Source of the DNA: Octopus vulgaris
Lineage: Eukaryota
Length of the DNA: 64,000 nt
NCBI GenBank assembly: GCA_951406725.2
Contig: OX597816.1
Location: forward strand, 150,226,001-150,290,000
Direction: 5' to 3'
Positions 12,357 through 25,727 of this stretch are shown in pieces. Below the pieces are notes generated by a model. It did not search any database and was not told where the DNA came from. It saw nothing but the letters and a program-made list of their open reading frames with translations. Each line of letters opens with the position of its first letter. Position 1 is the first letter of the stretch. The position numbers were made by a program, and so were the translations under genes.

Positions 12357-14954
12357 AACGCACAAATAGATAATACACTCAACCCCTACAACTTCTCTCC
12401 TCATTGCCCTTATCATAATAACTCTTCCTTACTAATCACCTGAAATTACCTTCCTCTCCCACACCCATTACTTCCTTCCATCTTATCTTTCCTTCATGTA
12501 TCACTTTACTCATCCATGTAATAACCTGGGGTACCACTATATCTCTTTCTACTCACACACTACCATATTACTTTTCACTTCCCTCCAGTTACCCCATTTC
12601 CTAAAAATGTTCCCATTATCAACAATAAACTTGCTTGATTCCAATATAAATTATCTTGGAACTTAAGGGACCATCCTTCCCATGCTGGCATGGCAGGTGG
12701 ACTGACCCATCCTATCACTGAGCCAACCTACTCAACTTACACCATTATTATTATCATATAGTTTTCTTCCCCCTCTCCTTCATAATAACCTTAATTTCAC
12801 ATTTCTATCTTTCTCTTCTAATCACATCCCTACACTATTCCTTTTCTTATTCTCTACATTACCATCCTACCACTATAAATTAGTTCCTTTCCAACATGGG
12901 GTGCTCTCTTTTGCTTCGCAAGCTACAAGGTGAATCCAGTAGCGCGTGTACCAAAAAAACCCACCCACTATACTCTGGTAATTGATCCAAACAGTGGCAA
13001 TGCAGGGCTTGAGAGGGTTTTTTTAGTCTTTCTGTTGCCAAGACAAACTTCTACTGTGTTAGTGCAACAGAAAATGCTCCCAGTTTACTTTGGAAAGTGG
13101 TTGATATTAGGAAGGGCATCCAACTTCAAAAACCATGCCAAAGATGAGACAATACAGGAAGATATGATCCTCCAACCCAGTGGTTGCTGTTAAACTGTTC
13201 TACTCATGCCAGTATAAAAAGCAAATAAAAAATGATATCATGATAATTATCATGATACACACACACACACACATATAGTTAGGTGCTGGCATGGATGTTA
13301 TGGTTATGAAGTTTGCTTTCTTGCTTTCCAACTACATAGTTTCAGTTTCAGTCTCACTGCGCCTTCAGCAAGTGTTTCCTATTGGGCCAACCAAAACCAT
13401 GTGAGTGGATTTGATAGACAGAAATTACATATGTATATGTATGCGTGTATCCATGCATGTACGTCTTTGGGTTTGTTTACTTATATTGCTTGTATGAATG
13501 TGTAATGTGATCAGTTTCAACTGTCAACAAATCATCTTAGCACTTCTTGCCTTTGAAGCCATGTGGAAGAGATCTATTACTGGAAAAACAGATAAGGTCT
13601 GTGTCAGGAAGGGCAACTGCTTCTAAAACTGCTTCAAATAATGCATTCATCCAACTCATGTAAGCATGGGCAACTGGACATAAAGCAAGCAAATTATGCA
13701 TATAATTATTCATTTTTCATTCATTTGTATGTGTTTCTCTATGTCAGCATGGTTAGATGAATATATTATTAAAACATTATTTCATATTTAGATGCCCTTC
13801 ATATGTGTAAATCAAATGAAGAGTACATTTCTCTTGAGATCTGTCAAGAGTTTTTTTTTTACAGCTTTAGTTTTAGAAGCATTACCAGATAGTTTCCTTT
13901 CAAAAGACATTGCACATTGATTTGTAATTAGTTTAAAATCCTAGCTTCATCTCAGCATGTTATACTGCATTTTAGAACATGAATAAATATGTCTGTTCAG
14001 GTAACTATATTGCAATTTTGACAAATTTAGTTTTCTAATTTCCAGTTAAGAATTGTAAAATGCTGCTTCTTAATGCATAATTCTCTGTTATCTTTGGTTC
14101 TTTTTTGAAATTTTTCTTCAATTCACGTGTCAGCTTTTAAAGTAATTTCACATTTACTCTCTGCAATGCTGCTATTTGAAATATTTAGATATTTAAATAT
14201 GCAAGAACATTACAAATTGCAGCTAACATCCTATTTAATTTTTTTAAACAAAGAAATTATTTGAATAAGATATTTCCACCTGCTTAAAAACTAAATAACA
14301 TATTAAAAATATATGAATTACACACACTCACAGACACATATATGTACATACTCGCATTCCATTGGTCATCACAATGAGGATTCCAGTTGATCTGATCAAG
14401 AGAACAGCCTGCTTGTTAAATTAACATGCAAGTGACTGAGTACTCCACAAACATAGATTCAGCATGACACAGAATGTAACAAGGCTGGCCCTTTGAAATA
14501 AAAGTACTACTCATTTTTGCCAACTTTATACTTTATATATATATATATAGAGAGAGAGATGGTGCTCTAGCATAGCCACAGTCAAATGACTGAAACAAGT
14601 AAAAATATATTTATATATAATGAGAGTGAAATAATGTTATGTGCAGCTACTAGGGCATCCAAAATGAGAAAAAAAATAGAATTATATGGAAATATTCTTT
14701 CATATGTTCTCTCACTCATAAGAAAAAGACATCACATAATAATAAAGCAAAAACAAAAAGAAGGCCTGTGCGGTTCACTCCCCTTAAGAGAAGTTTCTCT
14801 CTGCTTCTTACTCTGAAAGCAACCATAGGTGGTAGCACCAACAGTTGCTAGTCAAATTTCACATGTATGTGTGTGTATATATATATATATATAAAGTTTT
14901 GAATTAAAAGCAGCTCTTGTAATATAAATATTATTAATCATACATACATACAGT

Positions 14955-15403
14955 ATGTGTTTTGTTTATATACTGAATTTGCTGTGGATAACATCCTAGG
15001 AATGCTCCTTACACAACACCGGGCTTTAAAGAACACCTGAATGTCACAGAACAGGTGAAACAACTTACCTTGGAATCACCAAGAACAGTAGAAATCAATA
15101 TTTTGCCATTATTATGGCTTATCAATACTGTGTACTCAGATCATCTTGAAACGAATTGAATCTTTGGTCTATGACTCACATGCAAATAGACCAGAGATCC
15201 AATTTGTTTCAAGATGATCCAAGTACATGGTATTGATAAATGACAATAATGGCAAAATGTCAATATCTGCCAGTCTTGCAGATTCCGAGGCGAGTTGTCT
15301 CACCTGGTACATGACATTCAGGTGTTCTTCAAGATTCAGTGCTGTGTAGGGAACATTCTCATGATGCTATCCACAGAAAATTCAGCATATAAACAAAACA
15401 CAT
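14955..15403. mobile_element. 449-bp foldback palindrome (probable old MITE)
   Basis: Arms 14955-15172 and 15186-15403 are reverse complements along their whole length (ATGTGTTTTGTTTATAT... / ...ATATAAACAAAACACAT), roughly 80% identical by eye, with a 13-nt spacer. Confidence 0.85.
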
Positions 15404-15411
15404 TCTTTTTA

Positions 15412-15600
15412 CATGCCAGTGGCACATAAAAAGCATCCACAACACTCTTTGAGTGATTGGCATTAGAAAGGGCATCCAGCTGTAGAAACCATACCAAATC
15501 AGATTGGAACCTGGTGCAGCTCCCCAGCTTACCAATTTTCAGTCAAACCATCCAACCCATGCCATCATGAAAAATGCATGTTAAATGATGATGATGAGGA
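15412..15600 (+). mobile_element. Family B short element
   Basis: ATGCCAGTGGCACATAAAAAGCA...GGGCATCCAGCTGTAGAAAC...(GAT)n tail. Confidence 0.75.
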
Positions 15601-16129
15601 GGATACGTTAAGTTTTGTCATCAATAAATCACATAGTTTCAGGTTCAATCTAACTGTATGGCACCTTGGACAAGTGTCTTCTTATAGCCCTATGGTGACC
15701 AAAGTCTTGTGAGTGGATTTGGTAGGCCAAAACTAAAAAAAAGCCCACCCCTTCCCCTACTAGATGTGAATAGCCATGCAGATCCTCTACATGAATCTGT
15801 ACTGCCCCACCCTCCGACTCATAATTCTAGTCTCTTGTCCACCAGCATAAAGCTGACCTCTACCCACCAAGGTTTGTAATTCTGTGAGCTGCCTGGCAAC
15901 CTCAGTAGTGCAGTTGATACAGAAAAGCATCCAGTCCATACTGAAAAGTGGTTGGCATTAGGAAGAATATCCAGACATAGAAACCACACCAAACAGATAT
16001 TGAAGTACAACACAGACCTTGGCCACATTGGATCCAGTCAAACCATCCAACTCTAACATTGAACATGGACATTAAATGAAGATGATGATGTATATATATG
16101 CGCGCACACACACACATAAGGTCTTTTCT

Positions 16130-16300
16130 GAGTCATAGGCTTATGAAGCTGGTTTCCCAGATTATGTAGTGTATATATTCCCACCTGGACAGGATGCCAG
16201 TCTATTGCAAGATTACTCATTTTGCCAGCTGAGTGGACTGGAGAAATGTGAAATGAAGTGTGCTTTGCTCAAGAACAGAATGCATCACTCAGTCCAGGTG
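16130..16300 (-). mobile_element. tRNA-derived SINE family E, truncated copy
   Basis: Similar to 43725-43957 (ATATTCCC(C)ACCTGGACAGGA..TTACTCATTT..GCCA.CTGAGTGGA.TGGA..TTTGCTCAAGAAC), but lacks the tRNA head. Confidence 0.7.
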
Positions 16301-16499
16301 ATTATATATATATATGTGTACAACTGTGTATGTGTACTGGTGTGCATTGACATCAAGTAAAACCTATATGAAATGTTACTACAAAACTTAAGATCATATC
16401 TATATCGTTTATAGAAATACATAAATCTGGAGGAGAAGCACACTCTTAGATATAGAGCCGTTAATATTATAGTGGGGTAGGCTGGTTTATGGGGTATAT

Positions 16500-17050
16500 A
16501 AGGTGCAAGCATGGCTGTGTGGTAAGAAACTTGCTTCCCAACCACAAGGTTTCAGGTTGAACTCTTCTGCATGACACCTTGGGCAAGTGTTTTCTATTAT
16601 AGCCTTGGGCCAACCAAAGCCTTGTGAGTGGATTTGGTAAATGGAAACTGAAAGCCCATTGTATATACATATATATACAATGGGCTTTTTTATATATCTA
16701 TATATATATAATGGCGTTAGGAAGGGTATCCAGCCGTAGAAACATTGCCAGATCAGACTGGGCCTGGTGCAGCCTTCTGGCTTCCCAGACCCCAGTTGAA
16801 TCATCCAACCCATGCCAGCATGGAAAGTGGACACTAATCGATGATGATGATGATGATGTATGTGTCTTTATGTCTGTGTTTGCCCTCCATCACTGCATGA
16901 CAACCCATAAGTTAGTGGTTCAGCAAAAGAGACCAATTGAATGAGTACTAGGATTTAAAAAAATTAAGTTCTGGAGTTGATTTGTTCAACTTCAAGGGAG
17001 TGCTCCAGTATGGCCACAGTCAAATGACTGAAACAAGTAAAAGAATAAAA
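16500..17050 (+). mobile_element. CORE-type tRNA SINE (family C, resembling octopus OR SINEs) with a nested family B element
   Basis: Head GCATGGCTGTGTGGTAAGAA, CORE-like ACCTTGGGCAAGTGT, and CCAAAGCCTTGTGAGTGGATTTGG. A family B insert lies at about 16712-16858, and the tail is GCTCCAGTATGGCCACAGTCAAATGACTGAAACAAGTAAAAG. Other copies are at about 13280, 15610, 17490(-), 26100(-), 34640, 53380(-), 59275, 60500(-) and 63555(-). Confidence 0.75.
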
Positions 17051-17101
17051 TAAAAATAAAAGAATACACATACATATATCATATATATATATATAAATAT
17101 A

Positions 17102-17154
<53 letters not shown>

Positions 17155-20100
17155 TATATATATATAGATAGTCAAAGACTTATTGGGTGTCTTGAAGAAG
17201 TGTTTAGTCTAGTACTTCCTTAAACAATGACATACATTTAATTTACTTATTTGCTTCATGTCATATTTTGTGAACAACACCATTCTTAGTTACATGTTTC
17301 CAATAGGCTAATTATTGGTTCTTTGCATTTATAATGGAAAGAGGGACAAGGGACTGTCTGTGAAAACCAGGTGAAACAACTATCACAAGGAAATTTATTT
17401 GAAAGTAATGGCTTATTGGCTTCTAACTGATCTGTACATTTTTCACTGATATGCATTGCTGAATGATATACACATGTATATATATACAATGAACTTTCAC
17501 ACAGTTTCTGTGTCTACCAAATTCTATTCAAACAGCACTGGTCAACCTAATATATTTAATTGTTCAATATATTTGTTCACTGTACAACACAGTGGAATCA
17601 AACCCAAAACTACTTGGTGGCAACGCAAATTTCTTAATCATACAGCCATACCTGCACATTCACAAACATACTCCAGTAGTAAGTAAAGTCCAATATGTAA
17701 TTATTTTAGATAGAAATTTTGAGGTGGCTTCATTTATCTTAATATTCTGATATACCAATTACAAAATGATAAACTTTTGTCAAAACGGCAATGGTGGTGG
17801 AAGAGTAGATGGAGGAGAAGAAGGAGGTGGTGTTGATAATGGTTATAATGCTATTGCTGCTGCTGCTGATAATCTATTAGAAATCTTAAACCTAGTACCG
17901 CAAGTTAACAAAACATTCATCAGTTATGCAATGCTCATACTGCCAATAACAACAATTAGCTGTATAACTCTGTAATACTTAGTTACAGCTAGCTAGGCTG
18001 AATTACTTCAGTAACTTTACCAATAGTATGAAAGAGTACCAGTGGTGTAACATACCATAGCCATAAATTTATACTTCTTTGAGCACAAGCTTATGACCCA
18101 CTTGACTTGGTTGGTTATAACTTTCATATCACAAGAAAACTGGGGTAAAAAGCATGTGTGTGTGTGTGTGTGTGTGTGTGCACGCATGTATGTGCGTTTG
18201 TAAGTGCATGTAATATGCTAGTATATATAATACTTTTAAGATGAAATATACTTTACATTTGGAGATTTTAAAGCTAGATACTATCTGTTGATGACAACTT
18301 AACAAAGTAAAACAGTGAAATACATTTTTCCTTCCTGATCCTGTATCAACTATCAAGTCTCTTAAAAGAGATATAGAAAATAGTTAAACAATGTTCATCT
18401 GTATTGGGATGAACAGAGTATTTTATTGAATACAAAATTAAAATCTAAAATTAGTCATAAGATACCTTCATGAACAGAGCAGACAAATAAACAATATAAT
18501 ACTTTATAGTTAAACAGAATTTTTTTTCACTCTGGAAATGAAAGAAAGAATAAAGTCACATTGTTTCTTTCTTCATAACAGCACTTTCTGGCTACAATTT
18601 GCCTAAAAATCTCAAATCTACTTGGAATGATGCCAGCCAAAGTAAAGTCAATGTAATATGAAATAATAGTTCATTTCAAGAAAAATGAACAGAATAAACA
18701 TGTAATGTTCTGGAAAGTAGTTCAGTATGTTTGTGAGCCAGTATTGGAAGCAACAAGCTGAAGCATTTTGTTGGCCAAGAGCATAAATCTGTAAAAAGAT
18801 GAGATTAATATCATAGACATGTCTTTGGCAATGGGATAGATCACTGGCAATAGAAGAGATCACAGAAAATACTTTAGGAAAAAGACTGTGTTAGCCAGTT
18901 ATCAAGATAGTTCCAGAAACCTTAACCCCAATCATAAAATACCCATTTACAATGGGTTTAAGGTTGGTCAAACTATTACAGGCACATTAAGATTTAACCA
19001 AATGCTTCACATACATAAGTTTGATCAGAAGAAATTCTCTGAAAGATATAAAATAATCTCATGAAAAATTAAAAAGTTTTTAATTGTTTTGTTAGATACC
19101 TGAATATCCGAGTAATTTGTTAGTACCAGCATTGGTACACTGCATAAGATTTGAACTGGACTATTATTTGCCAAATGTATTTTGTTTTAGCTTTATAAAT
19201 TACTAGAATGAATTTTATTACTATCAGATTATGGTACAAAGCCTCTGAGCAAATGAACTTCAGTCTAAACCGCAGTACAATGTAAAATAAGTACTGACAT
19301 ATATGATTTAGTGAGTTAAGAAATTTGAATAAAAATGACAAACTTAGTGAAGAAAATTTTCATATTTTTGGCTCTTCCCTTTTTTTATGTCCAATACATA
19401 GCATTCTCAAAATACTTTCAATGCAACAAGCAGGACTTTTTTTTTATCAATTTAGACCCTGCCATATGGTCATGGTATCGCTTTGTTATTGTAATCTTAC
19501 TTCAGAACCTGAGATCTTCCTTCAAATTCAGCTTTCACCTTCCAGTTATTAGCTCTATCTTAAAGTTTGGGTTTCAGCTTTCATTTGTTTATACTTCTGT
19601 GTTCTCCCTTAATTTCCTTTTTACCAGCTTAAATTGATAAGCAAGTTCAGTAATTATGTACTGGCTCCCTTATTTTAAAACTATGACGATGACGGCGATG
19701 GTGATGATGATGGCAATGACGATGATAGTGATAATAATGACGATGCTGATGACCCAAAATATAATACACACACACACACAGGTCTACATCAAGTGCCTGG
19801 AGGAGGTAGTGCTGCCCTGAGTCAAGAGGGTGGCTCCTGGCAACAGGACTTAGCACTGTACCACACAAGCAGTACTATGCCACACAAGTCTTGCCAAAAC
19901 CAGTGACCCGACACCGTTGCTGGTGATATTACTTATGTTACCATTTCACAGAACCAATACTGCCATCACCGTTACTATAACCACCTTTATCCACTTCATC
20001 ATGTGCCAAACTCTCAGTTCTCCATTACCATCATCATCAGTTGATTACCAGTTGATTAGATCGACCCTAGTATGCAACTGGTACTTAATTTATTGACTCC

Positions 20101-20849
20101 AAAAGGATGAAAGGAAAAGTCAACCTTGGCAGAATTTGAACTCACATATGAAATATTGCTAAGCATTTCACCTGCCAACTTGGTTAGCATTTATTCTGCT
20201 TTTATCAATGAGATCATTATCGTTTAATGTCCATCTTCATGCTAGCATGGGTGGAACATTTTAGCCAAATGGTGCGCAGCTCAGACATAGTTTGGTGAGC
20301 ATGTCAAGGATTCTTTATTTTGATCACGCTTGAAGAAATAATTGTTTGGTTATATTTAGGAATATTGTTGACAAAATTCCTGCTTTCATTGAATTCTGTT
20401 GCTACTATTCCTAGAGTTTTCTAGAAATGTTTCACTGGCCTCCTACTGAGCTCATAGGAAAGCACCTACTGCAGTACCAAGTACAAACAAATACAATCTA
20501 AAGAGGTGTGCAGTTAATATTAGGTTGTTAAATTATGTTATACAGGTGGGGGGGGGTCCTAAATGGGTAAATCTAATGGGGTCCACAAATGGAGGTATGT
20601 TGGCTGAAAATTTAGGCCCAGATTGAAATGAAGCTAATTAAAACAAGCTAACCCATGGTGTAGAAAGTTCAGTTTAGTAAAATTAGTTGCAAGTACAGCC
20701 TTTGCTGACATGGCGGGTACATGGTCTCATAGAAGACTCCACTAGAGTGGACGCAAGCGCTAATATATGATTTATAAAAACATGTGACATATTAATAAAT
20801 ATCTGTAAATATAAAACCACCCAGATTTTTGAGTACCTTATTTCTCCTA

Positions 20850-20894
20850 ATATATATACATATACACATACATATATATATACATATGTTTATG

Positions 20895-20935
<41 letters not shown>

Positions 20936-20938
20936 GTT

Positions 20939-20979
<41 letters not shown>

Positions 20980-20987
20980 GTTTATGT

Positions 20988-21023
<36 letters not shown>

Positions 21024-21093
21024 GTTTATGTATACATATATATATACATATATGTTTATGTATACATATATATATACATATATGTTTATGTAT

Positions 21094-21131
<38 letters not shown>

Positions 21132-21161
21132 CATATGTTTATGTATACATATATGTTTATG

Positions 21162-21205
<44 letters not shown>

Positions 21206-21241
21206 GTTTATGTATACATATATGTTTATGTATACATATAT

Positions 21242-21281
<40 letters not shown>

Positions 21282-21400
21282 GTTTATGAATATATATATA
21301 TATATATATACATATATACATACATATGTATATACATACATATGTATATATATCAATATAAATACATATATATTTATTTATTTATATACACATATATATC
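20850..21400. repeat. Compound microsatellite: (TA)n separated by CATATGTTTATGTA
   Basis: The CATATGTTTATG(TA) motif recurs about ten times between TA runs and is the source of the Y/I-rich pseudo-ORFs. Confidence 0.9.
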
Positions 21401-22239
21401 TGTGTGTGTGTCTGTGTTTGGTTCCCACCACCACTTGACAAATTGGTGCTGGTGTGTTTATGTTGCTGTAACTTAGTGGTTCAGCAAAAAAAGACCAACA
21501 GATAAGTACCAGGCTTTAAAATAGAAAATAAGTACAAAGATTGATTCAATTAAAACTAAAATTCTTCAAGGTGGTGCCCCTCCATAGTTGCAAGAATTAA
21601 AAGCTTAAAAGGTGTCAAAGAATTATTATAAAATACATTGAAATAAAGATAGTAAAGTATTTTTACAATTGAAAGAATTAAAGTAGCAAATCAGGACAAT
21701 TCCAAGCATGTGTATATGATATTGTGTGTGAATACGTGCACACACACTCATACATACACTTATGTACATACAAATACAAATTTTTGCAATAAAGATACAA
21801 TAATAGAAAATTGTATGTATTGAATTTGTCTCTGTATGTGCAAGATGAAGAAAGTATGTTCTATCTGCATCAAACAGAATATTAAGTACAAAACCAGAAT
21901 ATACAGATGAATACTACATATAGCAACTTTCATTTCTGCCGAATTAGCCAATATTACTTTAAATTCAGCAAGCTAAATTTATGTTTAAAAAGATATATAA
22001 TACATATTATGATTCTCATCACTATCATTGTCATTTTAACATCCACTTTTCCATGCTTACATGGGTTAGATGGAATTCATTCAAGCAATACGTACACACA
22101 TATAAACATACGTTATATACATATATTCTAATACAAGCACACACATATTAACCAATAGCTATAATCATTTGCTGTAATTAGAAGACCAGTGTATGTTATT
22201 CTTTGTTAGAGATATATAATCTTGGAAAAGCAAACAAAT

Positions 22240-23520
22240 TAAACACCTGAGCAAAAACCAAAGTCTTAGTAAGTAGGAAGGCAGACAAATCATAAATCAC
22301 TTCTGGTAGATGGCCCTACTTGATCTGGAGAAAAGATGTGGGTAGAAACTCCATAAGATGTACACGGTGTAAGCTATGGACAAACAAGAGGTGCAACAAT
22401 ATCAGAGGAAGGTTAACAGGGAAAATAGCTTTTGTGTGTGGAAGATGTACAGGCACAATAAACACTGAAAATGTACAGAAAATAGACTCCATTAATTGCC
22501 AGAGGGCAATAAGCCAGAGGTAGTAGATAGCTTCTGTCATCTAGGTGACCAAGTTAGTAGCTGAGGTGGGTGCTCCAAGAGTGTAGCTGTGATAATAAGA
22601 TTAGGCTGGCAAAGTTCAGAGAGCTCCTACCTCTGCTGGCAACAAAGGGTCTCTCTCTCAGAGTAAAAGGTAGATTGTATGATGCCTTTGTGCAAAAAGC
22701 CATGCTATATGGCAGTGAAACATGGGCTGTGACAGCCGAGGACATGTGTATGCCAGTATGCTTCAGTGGATGTGCAATGTCAGTGTGCTTGTTCGACAGA
22801 GCGTAAGCATCTTGAGAGAAAAGTTGGGCATAAAAAGCATCAGATGTGATGTGCAAGAGAAATGAATGCACATGGCCATGTGACGTGTATGGACAAGGAC
22901 AGCTGTGAAGAAGTGTCAAACTCTAACAGTGGAGGGAAACTGTAGAAGAGGTAGACTCAGGAAGTTATGGGACAAGGTGGTGAAGTATGATCTTCAAACT
23001 TTGAGCCTCACAGAGGCAATGAATAGTGACTGAGACCTTTGGCAATACACTGTGCTTGAGAAGACTTGTCAAGCCAAGTGAAATCATAGTCATGGCTAAT
23101 GCTGGTGTCACGTAACTGGCAACCATGCCAGTGGTACATAAAAAGCACTTTTTGAGCATTGGGCCTCACGGACACAAAGAGGCTGATGCCAGTGGCACAT
23201 GAAAAGCTCCTTTCAAATGTTGGGCCTCGCAGAGTCAATGACTGAGACCTTTGGTATTATGTCATGCTTGAGAAGAAGATCCATCAAGCCAAGTAAAATT
23301 GCAGTTGTGATAGATACTGGTGTCATGTAAATGGCACCCATGCCGGTGGTACGTAAAAGTACCCATTACACTCTTGGAGTGGTTGGAATTAGGAAGGGCA
23401 TCCAGCCATAGAAAACATGCCAAATCAGACTGGAGTCTGGTGTAGCTTCCCAGCCCTGTCAAACTGTCCAACTGGTGTCAGCATAGACAATGGACACTAA
23501 ATGATAATGATGATGATGAT
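22240..23520 (+). mobile_element. 5'-truncated RTE-X LINE with ORF2 C-terminus, 3' UTR and (GAT)n tail
   Basis: VGRNSIRCTRCKLW..RC...FVCGRC (a Cys-rich insert), KFRELLPLL, LSLRVKGRLYDAFVQKAMLYGSETW and GRLRKLWD-like motifs, followed by a family B 3' UTR. Confidence 0.85.
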
Positions 23521-24429
23521 TTCTAAACACAGTGAATTTATTGATATGTATTTTTTTTTTATTCTTATTGAAAAACTAATTTTAAAACTTCAAAAACAAG
23601 CTTGTATTTTGGCTAAAATTTCTTTTCTATGTAACCCTCCAATAGTACAGTTTATTGTTGAAAGCAGCAGGACACTACATTATAGGCAACTGTTTCATTA
23701 GATTACAGCAGAGGTCTCAAATGCTACTCTAGGCTTGAAAGTTATAATAAATCAACAGTGTATATTTCATATCTAAGTAAGACATTTTTGATTTTGTCTC
23801 AGCTTACCTCATTGAAGAATAAGTACCAAGCCTTCAAGGAAGAAGTAACCTATAATGGACTAACTTATTAAACAGGATGAAATTTGCTTCTGATTTTCTC
23901 AATACTACATAAACTGAATTTAAGCAATGGCTGGCTTCTATTGTTGATGTTCTTGTTTTGCTCCAAGCCAGTTTTGATCAATCACATTTATGATTAAAGA
24001 CATTCAAACCATAACCACCCAGTCATTCCTTTTTGAATATTTTCACACATAGTATACATAAAACTAAATTAACCAATGCAAACTTTCTTTTTTGAGATGG
24101 TAGGATAAAAATCTGAGATTTGGTTGCTATTTCTAGTAGGTTAGATGATCATATAGAGTCTTTCTGGATGACACATCCTGTTTTTGTTCATCATGTTGCT
24201 CATCATTTATGGTTGTTTAAATATTTTTGGAGGCAGTGAGTGACATAAAGATACAATTTACAGAAAATTCAAAACTTTAATCTCATCTTTAAGAGATCAA
24301 CTTTAATTTTTCCCAGTTTTAGACAAATGCATTTAAAGAGAAAGCATATTAGATCTAGTAATATCAGATCTATAACTTCTGCTTTCTTTGGGAATATTCA
24401 GAAGACTAGTGTGTATGAAGGATATAATG

Positions 24430-24590
24430 CAACAAGTACAACACAGTACAAACACAGTGATTGGATTCATCAAAGAAACAACATTCTAAAACCACTGACT
24501 GGCAGAACTAGGTGACAGGATAAAATTACAATTATAGTAATCTACAAAGCATTTGGTAAGCCAATTCCCAACTACGCTATGTATAGGATC
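24430..24590 (+). mobile_element. Jockey/I-group LINE post-RT fragment
   Basis: RNNILKPLTGRTR*QDKITIIVIYKAFGKPIPNY resembles the RxNILKALxGxxWGQDKETLxxxYKA motif of I/Jockey-group elements. Confidence 0.5.
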
Positions 24591-25004
24591 CACAAGCCTA
24601 AGACAAGAAGAGGAGAAAACTTTAGTCTACTGTGCAACTGTCTCTGCCAACAAACTACTGTTCTGCATACAGGGGAAAACTATTTTGACAACTGTAACTG
24701 ATACCTGACTGCGACAAATATCAAATACTGACAATAAATAGGAATCAACTTTTAAATTTACCTTTTTCTCACTAATAGACTAATATCTTTTGAAGCATTA
24801 TGGTGGAAACTTTTACAATAATCATCTGAACCAGAGTGTTGAGTGTCTTCCACAATAAGTTAAAATCCAAGTACCAAAGCTTATAATTTGCAGAAAGAGA
24901 CCTTGTGAGACCTCTGATAACAGGTTGCTGTCGACTCTCACAGAATCAACCAGAACAAGTAAGAGCAAGAGCTCTGAGAAGTAAAATGATGATGATGATG
25001 ATTT

Positions 25005-25200
25005 GAAACAAGAAGAATTTGGAGTATAAAAACTGTAAAGGTTGTGCCTATAATAATTAGTGCATTGGGAACTATAATCAAAGATATAGACAAATGGCTG
25101 AATGAGATGGGAGTAGAATGTCCTGTAGAGCTTCCACAGAAAGTTTGCTTCTCAGGCACAGAAAAGAATATCAGGAGAGTTCTAAGCACTTGAAAGATTA
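25005..25200 (+). mobile_element. RLE-type LINE C-terminal fragment
   Basis: RIWSIKTVKVVPIIISALGTIIKDIDKWLNEMGVECPVELPQKVCFSGTEKNIRRVL is a typical end of an R4-like endonuclease. Confidence 0.7.
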
Positions 25201-25532
25201 TTGAAAGGTTGTAAATACCTAAGGTTACAGATAGTAACCTACTACCCATATAAATCCTACCAGAAATAAGACTGAATCTGAGTCAAATCAATAACACAAA
25301 AGAAGGAGGAGCAGCAGCAGTAACTTATTGTCCACAGTGCTAAGGTGCTCTACATTATAATTTGTTATAACAGGTATATTAAATTAAGCTGTGGTCGTGG
25401 TTATGAAAATTATGAGTGCTACAAAGGATACAGTATATCATAAATGAAATTGTATGGAATGAATAATAGAGTAAATGTTTAATATTGTAATTATTAAGGC
25501 GAGTGAGTATATGTTTAATATTGTAATTATTA

Positions 25533-25727
25533 AGGTGGTGAGCTGGCAGAATCGTTAGCACACCAGACGAAATGCTTAGCAGTATTTCATCTGCCACTAC
25601 ATTCTGAATTCAAATTCCGCCGAGGTTGACTTTGCCTTTCACCCTTTTCAGGGTTGATTAAATAAGTACCAGTTATGCACTTGGGTCAATGTAATCGACT
25701 TAATCCCTTTGTCTGTCCTTGTTTGTG
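25533..25727 (+). mobile_element. SINE family A copy
   Basis: GGTGGTGAGCTGGCAGAATCGTTAGCAC...TTCAAATTCCGCCGAGGTTGACTTTGCCTTTCA...AAGTACCAGTT. Confidence 0.8.

Noticed and set aside
11918-12443. Y/I/H/T/C/V-rich ORFs here and at 6664-7029, 20792-21476, 38724-39094 and 44867-45238
   Set aside because: They are translations of (TA)n/(CA)n microsatellites, open in several frames on both strands.
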